A DNA stretch of 64,000 nt from Phoronis australis (Eukaryota; Animalia; Phoronida), in contig NMRA01000147.1 in NCBI GenBank assembly GCA_002633005.1, forward strand, positions 248,001-312,000, in the 5' to 3' direction. Positions within the stretch are counted from its first letter, which is position 1, and every line of letters starts with the position of its first letter. The notes beneath the pieces were generated by a model that did no database searches, was not told the origin of the DNA, and saw only the letters and a program-made list of their open reading frames with translations. The position numbers were made by a program, and so were the translations under genes. Below, piece after piece: positions 12,746 to 24,147 of this stretch.

Positions 12746-15700
12746 GTTCATTGTACATCACGTGACTTGGTTTCAACCAACCACGTAGTTCAGTATCCCT
12801 GCAGCACATTTCCACATCGCCTGCTAAGCTCAAATTAACCAGTTGCCAAGCGTGCGTGACCAATGAGATAAATAAAACTATGTATAAAGCTCATTGTGCG
12901 TGACATAGACCTAGTTTCTCACGAAACTGAAAAGCAACAACTCGCACTCGTTTTTTGGATTTTTGTGATTCCAGTTAATAATTCGTCGATTTTTAAAAAA
13001 CAAAGGCCCAACTGTGTCAAAACTAGTGACCTGCAAGAATGTAGAGTTTACGGCAACGGACAATAATAGCAATTCATTCCATTAGCGACGGCTACTCTCA
13101 CGACAAGAAAGGTTGCATAAATTTACGAAATAGGGAAGAATGGAAGCCCCGATTTCGTCAACGGTGACTCCTTCGGGAAACATTATCAAGACATCATTTC
13201 AAGTTACCCTAATTTGTTTTCCTAGCACGTGTAGCTCCAAAAAGATTCCCAAGTCGAGAAAAGTGTTTAGATCTATATTTTTATCACTATATATCTGGGC
13301 AAAGGGCATTTTCGATTGAAAACTGCGCTAAATTCCTTTATTAAAACCGAATATGACAGACTAATTGTTTTTAGAGAAATTTGTGGCAGCTTTCCACACA
13401 TTCTGACAAATTTAAGCAGAGGGGAGACTGGCTTGTTCTTCAAGTCGATATGTGAGCAGAGAACCTGATAAATAACAATTTATGTTCGGCATATGGCCCG
13501 TGATGAATATAGACGGTAAGAGGAGTGAAGCTCTGTTTCCAGAAGGAGAGTTGGGTTGGCACGAACGACCATTAATTAAGACGTAAACACGCTAAATAAT
13601 TCACAAATTCAGTTTCCAGAAGACAGGCAGAGGAAAAGCCATTACTGGGTTGAAAGGCACACACAAATTTAAAACCAACGGAACATAAAAGACGAATATG
13701 GCGGAGGGACATGGAATATGGGTGGTAGGGAGAGGGTTAAATCAATTGAAAAATGAATATGTGTTGGAGTTTTAACACCGTTAAAGCTGTGAGTAAAACT
13801 ATTATGAAGATGAACTTAAAACCAAAGCTACCCAAGTCAAAGGAATACTAAGACACAAAGCAAACACAGCCAATCAAAATGCTGGTTGATAATGTCGTCC
13901 CCAAAGACCTATAAAGTAAAGACCACAGTTCTAGTGGCTGATCTCGACGTTATCACAGGTCTGGGTCAAAATAAGTGCTTGTTTACACCCTGTCCCAAGA
14001 CGGACTTATGGAAAAGGCAGAAGTGTCATCGATATGCTTTCTCAAAGATGAAGAAATTCAACAAAACCCTGTCTTTTTGTCTTGCTACGTCCACCGGAAA
14101 ATATGAGATGATGAGATGACAAAAAATTGCAATTTCGGAATTTCCCCCCAAAATCATAAATTCATGACTGTCCCGGTACCAGAGAGAAAACAAGAATCCG
14201 AATGCTCTTGCACTCTAGATTCCAAAAATGTAGGTTAAAATATTCCAGTGCAAATCAAATTTTGCCAATTTTCATTTATCTGTTTGTTGGTGGACTTTAA
14301 ATCACACCACTGATTGTAAATCACCTACCAATAAAGGAAAGGTGTTCTAAGTTAAGTAATCTTGTGCTTTGGTCCCAAAAGCGGTCCAAAACCATTGAAC
14401 CAAAATTTCGAGGGCAACATCTGTCTGTCTCATTTAAAGCACCACTCAAATTGAACTGATGTATCGACTTAAGAAATGAGAATGGCTGGGGTTATTAAGA
14501 GACCTGCTAATTAACGGCAATTAATGATTTAGTTGAAATTTCAAGTACATTAATTTTTTGTGAAAGATGGTTTAGAAGCCATGGACACCATATCTACAAT
14601 TTTAGGCACTATTTTTCCAGGGGTTTGTAAATAAGACGGGGTTGTTTTAACCCCAAAAGATAAGAGCCTCAGATTTGAACTTGTATAAAACAGGAAGTAC
14701 GACTGAAATGGTAGCCAGAAACTGGTCTGGCTCGCAAAACAGACATGTCGAGTTTCACTGATTCATGACAAATCTATTCTTTGCATCATGTTACTACGCA
14801 CGTGTAGATATTTACACTTTGGCAGTTGCAGCATCAGAATCAGTTCTTAACACGAGACAAGCTTGTCCAGTCAGAGGACAACCGCAAAAACTTGTTGATG
14901 TCTCAAACTGCGTGACACGAATGACAATCAAAATCCCTCATCAAAACAATTACACAAACGGGGTTCAGGAAAGACAAACAGTCATTCAAAAGCCACTGAC
15001 ATGCAAATTAATATTCAGAGCGGCAACGCTTACTAAGACGTATGCATGTACCAATGCAATGCGATAGTCAAAAACAAGCCAATAGAGGGCCTACGTTACA
15101 TCAAGAATTTTGCCCGCTGCTATGGATAAAACGCTTTTTCAAATGAACAAAAATTTCAATGTAAGGCATGAAAATTTTCAGGGTTATTAATTAATTACTC
15201 ACAAATTAATTATCAATGAACAATTTATTTAAACTTTCAAGTGGCAACAAAAATATCGTTTCGTTTTTGTGTCATGGAACTTTTTTCACAAAAGTCATAT
15301 AAGTCCTATTTCTTATGCAAAAATGGAATATTTTAAAAACAATTCGCGGCAAGTTTTGGAGAACAATGCATAAAGAATAATATCTGAAATATTCGTGTGA
15401 ATCCGTTTAGCCACTTCTGAAATATGATGTTCCCAAGTTGGACAAAATTGAGCATTTTTCAATCATGGTCCTCCTTGACCTTAAACTAGGGGGCGTTGCA
15501 TAAAGAAAATGTCCCTCCTTATTTTCAGTAATATTGAAACTTCAACGTAAAGCTGTCTTTTGATTTATTTCAACGTCCAAAATTGACTTTGAAAAGAAAC
15601 TAAAACAGAACAAAAAATAATCACTATTTTTGCAAATCCACACGTATACAGTCAGGGAACTTAGATAAGTCCTACTTTGGGACTGTTACATGCAAAGGTT

Positions 15701-17970
15701 CATCAAATGTTCATTTTTTCTACGAATTCTTCTCTTCTGCAACCTTCCCGGTCATGCAATTTAAAATTCAATCCAGTCTTCTAGGCGAAGTCCGCCGACC
15801 GTACACCTGCAGGCACTGTCAGGCCACAGCTCAGTTCGAGGCCTAGAACCCGACAGCGCCAGTGTTTGGCCAACCACAGGACGAGCACCACAACGTGGAA
15901 TAATTTTTCATGGTCATGATGGGTACAATGCATACATGTCTGGTTCTCTTCTGCGGGTGATTCAGGAACAGTGATCAATGCTATTAATTGTTTTAGTTTT
16001 CAATGTGATCTCGTTTTGAATGTTTGGGCCGCATGCTGTGCTTCACATGAACATGTATCATTTTCTTCAGTTCGGGAATATTTGCCAGTGTCGGACTTAT
16101 ATGAGGTCCAAAGGGAGGGGTCTTAATATGAAAGGCTATGTACATGTATCATTAAAAATGGAAAAGATTGATACGTAATTCCATCAAGAGGTGATCTTCC
16201 TTAACATAAGTTGTTGTATGATTTCGCAAAAAACAGGAAAAGAGAGACAGTCACTGTCGATTCCGTCACTGGTCCCCCCTCCTATGTGGGCAGTCCTAGA
16301 ACCGAAGGATGAAAATCAGGAAAAGGATGAACATGGTTAACATCAACGTATACTCTCTAAGTGCTGGGATCCACTAAATGTGAAAGGATATGAAATTTCA
16401 AAACAAGTAATGAGCCGCAAGTGATTCCGCTACATGTATCACCTAGGCCTCTCTCCGTCAAGCGGCTGAGTTTATGTCAAATCATAATTATACAATTTCA
16501 AGAAATGATGGGCAAAAAGAAAATTACAGATATCTCTTTAATTTATTTTTTTGCTAGAGACAAGAGAGCCCCAGAAAAAGGCAATATCTTATGAAATCTG
16601 AAAATATGAATCAAGCAAAAGCTATGCCCTTGAAAATCTGAACACAACGCGTTAGGCTTAACTCCAATTCCTGTACATTATATTTTTCGTAATAAACATG
16701 AAATCAAACAAAAAAATCACGGACTTGTAGTAATATGTACATGCATGGTAATATATACATACACATTTACAAGTATATTTAGATAATCTATACTGCAAAA
16801 ACTGGACCCCTCCTAACAAATGTGTCCTGGCGAGGATCCCAAAGGGCACATCAACCTCTGGTAGACGGTTGACAAATGTTCTCTTCAGGTTTACCACTTT
16901 CTCATGCTTCGCTCTTTCTTTTCTCGACTGACCCGGCACAACGCTTATGATGGTCGCCACGGCTCCACCCTGTCACCTGCACGTTATTGGAGGGCAGGAG
17001 GGGCATGCAGGAGAATGTGCACATTGGAAAGGATTTGAGACAAACAGTTTATTTACAGTTCGCGCTCTTCAACTTTTTTTCAAACCCTTTTAAGATGACT
17101 ACTTCAAACCGATAGATTGCCTTTCCGTTTCACCAAACGGCCTGCGTGCATAGTTCGGAGCATCGGCAAAACGTTGACATGTGGCGAAAACGTGACCAGA
17201 TCCTTCTACAGCATATAAGAGGTGCGTGCCGCTTGGTAGGCCGCACGCGTGCTGGCTACCACCTAGCGGCACGCAGGGAACCAGCGAGGGTTAAACATTG
17301 GACTGAGGATAATGTAGAAACCACGTGGCATAATTTTGTGAATGTCGGTGTTCTGATGATCTCTGCTTCTTTCTTCACTTGTTCTTGTCGATGACGTTAA
17401 ACATTTTGTTGTGGTTTCGTACCGTTAAAATGCTCAGGTTTTCATCTTTCAAACTTTTAATATTGTGGTTTGTTTAGTCTATAGACTTTTATTGACCCGT
17501 CAACGAAGAATCAATGCTACAGTAGATACAAAAGGCTGCTTATCTGCCGTGAATACTTGACCCTCCAAATATACAGTAGGTACATAGACACTTAAGTTTG
17601 TTTTATTGCATAGCCAGTAAGATATCGTAAAGTAACGAAAAATCTGTGGTAATTTATGTCGACTGTAATTCTCATCAAAACAAACAAGTAAATATTAAAA
17701 CAGAAATTCCAATATGCTATACCTTATTTCTGACCTCCCAAAAATGCAGTTTAGAAATTTATGTCCGGGTGATGCCAGGAGCAGCAGTAGTCTAGCCTAA
17801 CAGGGACAAAAAGTGCACCCACACACCATCGGTGGATTAAGAATTAGCCATTTGGAAGACGACAACCTCAAAAACGTATTTGAAGAGATTTAATTTTCTA
17901 TCCAAATGTTATCAGACGAGCGTGTTAATGCTCAAGTCATACGCGGAATACACACAGCGTCAGCGCCGGT

Positions 17971-18167
17971 CTATGTCGGCGGCATGGGCAGAAACGCCAT
18001 TCCGTGCCCACAGTTCATCTCGCAGATGGAGCGACTTGTATACCTGTTACAGTTGCCTCCGCAGCCGGTGTACATGAACCTGACGCATTCGTCCCCTTGC
18101 CAGCCCCAAGAGACTTGCATAGGCTCCGTCCCGCAACGGCCTGGGTCCACGGGAAGGAGACAGCAGT
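17971..18167 (-). CDS. Kunitz/BPTI-domain exon (8-Cys variant), paralog of the 26792-28392 gene; possibly pseudogenised
   Basis: Manual translation of 18165->17971 gives CCLLPVDPGRCGTEPMQVSWGWQGDECVRFMYTGCGGNCNRYTSRSICEMNCGHGMAFLPMPPT*. The position equivalent to the paralog's acceptor reads AC instead of AG. No intact first exon was found. Confidence 0.8.
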
Positions 18168-18216
18168 GTGTATGATAACCGAAATGGCACAGTGAAGAAC
18201 AACATCAGCAACAAGG

Positions 18217-18560
18217 CAATGATAATGATGATGATTATGGTGGTGATGATGATGATGATAATAATGATGACGACGACGACAACGATGATCATGGTGGTGA
18301 TGATGATGAAGGTGGTGATGATGATGGTGGTGATGATGATGGTGATGGTGATGACGACGACGACGACGACGACGACGATGATGATGATGATGACGACGAC
18401 GACGATGATGAAGACGACGACTATGATGATGATTATGGTGTTGATGATGATAACGACGACGATGATGATGGTGGTGATGATGATTATGATTATGATGATG
18501 ATGATGATGATGACGATGATGATGATGATGATGACGACGACGATGACGATGATGACGGTG
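18217..18560. repeat. Compound (GAT/GAC/GGT)n trinucleotide microsatellite
   Basis: Directly visible. It produces the spurious poly-H, poly-M and poly-I ORFs. Confidence 0.95.
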
Positions 18561-20983
18561 GTTATTTAACAATATATGTCATAACAATTCTATAAACAGT
18601 TACACAAAATAAAAGAGATAACTAAATAAAGCTAAAACACCTGTCAAAAAGCACAGGATAAAAGCGCCCCCTTGACCCAATGAATAAAACTACTCAAACA
18701 TGCACGAGATCGCGAGCGGAATCTTGCTGTGTTACCTGAGCACTTCAACACATAGTAGACGTTGGGCGTTTTCACCTTGTTTGGAATTTTTTTGCCAAAT
18801 TTCTATCCAATATAAGATAAAACTGGTGTCTTTCGCCTGCTTTGCAAAGTAACTAAGTTAGAGCCCTGGCATCATTGAAGGTTTGCCTGATTCGTCAACA
18901 TGACTGATTTTATTTTATGATACCTTTTATAAATAATTGTTTAGAAATTTACAAGACATTGGGGTGCCTCGTAAAATTGGTTACGACCAAGAGTAAAGCT
19001 AGGGTGGGACAGAGTGTGGACGAAGTTGAATATCCCCATCGATGCCAGCGAATTTGCCACCCGCCACTCCACGAGCTGTCACTTTGTCTACCACAGCGAC
19101 GAGCTGGACAGCAAAACAATTTCACACGAAACAACGACACAGAATGTGTAGTATAGCAAGGGATGGTGACAGACAGGCAATTAAAGGATAATGAACAGAA
19201 TTGGTGTAATATAATGTTATTAAAATGACGAGCCTAGCGGCGTTGTAAAGTTCTGTAGCTTATTAAACTATTAGTTAGGTAAATTGTAAAGGAAATAATT
19301 AAAATAACCCACTCGAGAAATGAGGAACGTATAACAGGTTTGACACATGTATCACCTGCTTTGAGTTCAATAATCACGCCTGTGAGTGACGGTGACCTTG
19401 GTAATGGGTGCACTGTTAGTAACATGGTTAATGTTGTCAGCCTAAGACATGAGTTGAGGAGTGACTTCCCACCTGCTTTCAATCAACGCAATAGTATTTT
19501 TTACTTTTGGCCGTGCAGTGACTTAGGCAGACATTGTTAGTAGCGTCGAACAAAACAAACTTCTGAGTGCGAACTAAGGCGCCTATATATTCTATGCTCC
19601 CGGTTTTGGATTATGCTTGGTCACAATTGGCGGCCAATACTTTACCGATCCCGTCGACTGAGTTCGGCGATTTTTGGTGGATCGGGAGCTGCGACCACAG
19701 TCACGTTAACTCTCTACCACCACGTCATCGATGGATCTGTCGGTTATGGCTCGTATAAGATCAACCGATCATGATGTCGGTCAATCACCTACTTGCAGAT
19801 AATCGGGGGACTGCTAGCCGACATCGAGCAATATCGTCTCATGGTATGCCGAGGTTCTGCGATTGAGAAATCGGCTGCATGGGTCGGGAAATAATTCCAA
19901 CTTGATCCAACCGTACAACGATTGGTAATTTCTGACAACGACGCCTAACCGACGCTCTCGATTCCTTGATTCCCCAAAATTTAACCAACCACAATTTCCC
20001 ATATTATCTGACGTTTGTTTATATGGAGAGAGTAGATCATTTTTTATGAAATGCATCTCCCGTCAACAATCGTCAACGCCAATTACTCTCCCGCTCCTTA
20101 AAGATACATGATGATATTTTGAACATTTACTTTCAAATTGAAAAAAACACAAATCATGCCAACTTCTTTACCGTAGGGAAACAATAAGTTGAATTATTTT
20201 TCCAATACCGTCTTACTTGCAAGTTAATGACAGGAATCGATTAAAAAAGCATACCCCCTTTGTCACAGATTGAACATTATTGTCCTTGTTGGGTGGCCTT
20301 TTACACAGCTGCCGTGTAATTCGCTAAAAGCGTAGATCACGCTGGCCCCTTTAGGAGACTTTGAAAGGTTTCAAATTTTCCTCCAATCTTTTGAGGGTTG
20401 TCGATGTTCACAGAGCATTGTTTTGTTTGAAAGAACTGGATGGGAAAATCTTTTGTTTTTAATATCTGTTTGGCATCCTTTTAATTGTTTACCAAAATAA
20501 ATCGTTAACAACCAATCTCGATTTTACTGCAAACGCAATGCAATGAACAACAAAACAATAACTTTCGTTGTTTTGTATGAATTTAAGACAAATCGCCAAT
20601 TCTCAAGATTTGCTTGTCAAAAATATGCTGAAATGAAGTTTTCATGCTTTACAACATGTAGGTAATATTCTGTCATACACGGTATAGAGAGGAGTTTAGC
20701 TTCGCTTAGCGTTAGACAACGGTCACGGGAGTTGGATGTTCTATTCAGCGCTGAGAGCGTTCATCTCATAAATTTGCCGATAATGTATTATTATCAATTA
20801 ACCTAATAACTTTCCCTCTCTCTCTTTTTCCTCTTTTCTCACCTTTTGTTAAGTCTCAGACAGTTTAATTTCAGTGCATTTTAATATCGTATCTGTTTCT
20901 TTATGTTTTATTGCCTGCCATCCATTGATTTATTTGTATAAGATGTAAACTCGAATGTTAGCTTATTTGCACCGTATGACATT

Positions 20984-23900
20984 TAGTCGGTGGGCCAGAT
21001 TTTGTAGGGCCTCTAGAAAATGGTTTTTGTGAGTACTTTAGGGGGGCAATTTTATTTTGGTGTTTTTTAGTTCATTTATTAGAGTGTTTTCAAAATCTAA
21101 AAAGTTCCCACATATAAAGTTGCACATTTTTGAGAAATTTGAGTTTGAAGTTACCTAATAATCACCAAAGAGCTTAGTAAACTTATATTTGTAAAAACAA
21201 CAGTTTTGGTGACTTTTTTGTAAAACAAGTAATATGGTCCCATCAGTGCCATTGTATTGAACAATATTACACTCACATTACATGTTTTACTATTGTAAAT
21301 TAATTGTAAACAGTGAAATTTAAAAAACGTAAAGAGACACCTAGTGGCAAAAATACAAACTAAGTCTGAATGTTTCTAGGAAGTTATTCTGGCATTGTCA
21401 GGCAACAAAAATAACACAAAACACTTGAGACTGGGCAAAATTTGTGCCTCAATGACTAAAACATTGACTAATGGTGTAAAATACAGCTTGTTTGCATAAT
21501 ACACCAGAAATATGTTATAGTACAAAAACAATATAGTTGAATGATCTCTGTGAATGTGCACAAAGACTGTATTAAAATAGATTATTCTGACAGCGTTTAT
21601 TAAGCAGTATGAGACAAATACATGACAATGATCAAAGTATGTACTTTCTATGACTTAATCAACAAATAAAATTAACTTTTTAATACAAAAAAGGAAATAA
21701 CGGGGTTGGAGGTCTATTTAGGGTTGGCCTGTCAAAGAACTATCCAATGTTATGCAGTCAGTGTTGCTGATGTTACTACAGTTGTCACAGCTGCACATTT
21801 CTGTACAGTTTGACCCAGCATTGCAGCACAAACTCAGTTTCCCAGCACACATGTTCTTTTTGCACTTGCAGCGTTCATCGTTTAGTACTGTCAATGGAGA
21901 TGCGGTCATTGCCATACATATTAACTGCAAAGCTCCACCGCCAAGGAGCCAACTATGGTCGATTAGAGAGGGTACAGCACTGCACACTGGTGATTAGCCC
22001 GCAGGCAATGAAGGGTCAAACACTAAGTCCTTGTTTGGAGGCGGGCACTATTTGGGCAAACGTTTGATTCAAAATATGTTACAATGGGCTGTGTTAATTA
22101 GAGTCAGCAAGTGAATTATTGAACACTAGCCTCAATTCACTTTCGTATCTCTTAGTCAGGCACAAACTACAACAGTGAGTAGCTTCAACAATATTTCTTA
22201 AGATTGCCTGTCCAAATAACTTCATGCACACCAGCTTTCTGAAGAACAGCTTCAAAGTCTTGCTTTATTTTTGAAAGGCAAATGACATCTCCATGTGCTA
22301 GAAGCTTTGATTCAATGAACTCCAAACAAAACTGTAGAAAAACATCTCTGAAAACTGGGGATTCGTCACTCTCCACAATCTTTGTCTTTCTCTTTTTTAC
22401 AGCATGATGATCTGTGGTACTTGGCTTCTAAGACACAAGGTCTTTATCTTTGAATTTCATTTGCATATTCAGGGCTCTGGACTGAGCTGTTGCTTGCGAT
22501 ACAAGTCCAACTGAAAAAAACCCGAACTGTTAACACTAATTTAACATTCAACTATGAGTGAGTTGGCATGCAACTTTTTCAGACGGACGTATCAGGAGCT
22601 GATCCACCACCAGCCTAACAAATTTACATGCCGTTTGATCTGTAGCCTAATAATGTTGATCGTCTAATAATTAGATCAGTAGATGCAGCTGAAAATAAAT
22701 CAGCTGATATACCTGTGCAGTGATTGAAATTTAATTTTTTTAAATCAGATGCTCAAACCATAGTCAATCGATTTACACTTAAGGTAATCGACGTTTGACG
22801 AAATGGACAGTGGCTTCCATCGTCCTCAAATTTCGACGGCGACGATGGCCACTTAGGCACTTTAATTTAATTATCATTGCAGCTGCTACCTAAGTAATTA
22901 ATGTTTACAAAAAATTGAGACTACGGCAGGGGATGACGGCCACTTGGGCATGTTGTTTGCAACTATCTACTCCATTTAACCTTCTCAAAAATTTTAGACT
23001 TAAAGTGCTTTAAAATCACACCCACAGTATAACGCCATAGGATTATCCCTTAGCGCAAGCAGTGTCGATGTGGCAACTGAATGGAGTGTTCGAAAAACAG
23101 GATTGCAGGAGTATTTGTTTAAACTGGGAACAAATGAAAACATTAACGACCTCCTCAGAGGCATCTCTCTACGCGGTACTTCTAAACTTATAGGAACATA
23201 ATTTGCCGAAAAGTATCCGGCATATGAAGTACCTATAGTATGATCATCGTCTCTACTGGGTCAGCAGTATTGTCTAAGGCCTAGGCAGTCAAGGGGCTGA
23301 ACAAGTTAAAAAACAACTGGTGATAATACTGAATCACACGTGGAAAACACCAAAATGTATTTTTAAAAAACACGTACCTGTTTTTGAAAGCTATACTTCT
23401 TTCTCTTTCTTGAAATGTGGCCCATAATGTACTTTTCCTGCTAACAAATGATGCACTCATGTTTCAGAATGTTCCTATCTTGTTCAGGTTAATTGGGTGT
23501 TTCAGATTTTGGAAGTGATTGATTTTCTTGGGAAATCTTGGATAACATCTGTATCACTTTCAGCAACTTCAGCTTTAGTACTACTGTTGGTGCCTTGAAA
23601 CGTTGCTATGCCGTTCTATGTCCTTTCAATTTTCTGGTCTGACACTTGGTATTCTAGTCTATAGCACTCAGCAGTATACTGTGTAGGCTACCAGGACATG
23701 CAGCTGTTTTCTGCACAAACGTTTGTGACACCTCTTCTTCTTTTTGATCTACTGATCTACAGAGTTCCACAGTCAATCAGCTTTCGTCAGGAAGCTTTCC
23801 TAAGCTTCTTTAGGCTCTGACATCACAATTTTGTGCTGTTTGATAAACCTTGAATTATACAGACATCACATTCCATGGGAGCAGCCATATTGAAGTAACT

Positions 23901-24147
23901 AAGCACAACAATACAATCTGGCTCTCTGATTGGTCAATTCACTAGAAAAGCGCCATCAAGTGGCAGGAATATGCATCATATTTTGTGCAACAAAAACACC
24001 TTTTTTTAAAAAAATGTGCAAGTGTAGACGTGGGAACTTTTTGGAATTTGATTTTTAGTTATATTATCTAGCCACATAGAAAAAACTAGGTTGCCCCCCC
24101 CAAAGTACTCACAAGGGTGAACGCTATGAGATTTGGCCCACGGACTA
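20984..24147 (-). mobile_element. Academ (AcademX-like) DNA transposon, internally deleted and decayed
   Basis: Imperfect TIRs TAGTCGGTGGGCCAGAT / TAGTCCGTGGGCCAAAT, with a second shared block TTGTGAGTACTTT.GGGGGG. A 3-bp TSD ATT flanks it (20981-20983 and 24148-24150). An internal minus-strand Cys-rich remnant matches the C-terminal Cys8 finger described for Academ proteins. Confidence 0.75.
21718..22376 (-). pseudogene. Transposase remnants: C-terminal Cys8/CXC zinc finger (21718-21987) and an upstream fragment (22185-22376)
   Basis: CKCKKNMCAGKLSLCCNAGSNCTEMCSCDNCSN pattern inside the TIR-bounded element. The frames are broken. Confidence 0.65.

Noticed and set aside
15781-17030. GC-richer exon-like patches (15781-15978, ~16800-17030)
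   Set aside because: No frame gave a recognisable protein. They could be UTR exons or decayed repeats, but the sequence alone does not support a call.
17880-18195. Plus-strand ORFs of 63-89 aa
   Set aside because: They are antisense shadows of the minus-strand Kunitz exon.
18015-18572. His-rich, Met-rich and Ile-rich ORFs
   Set aside because: They are translations of a trinucleotide microsatellite. The real coding signal nearby is the Kunitz exon in a different frame.
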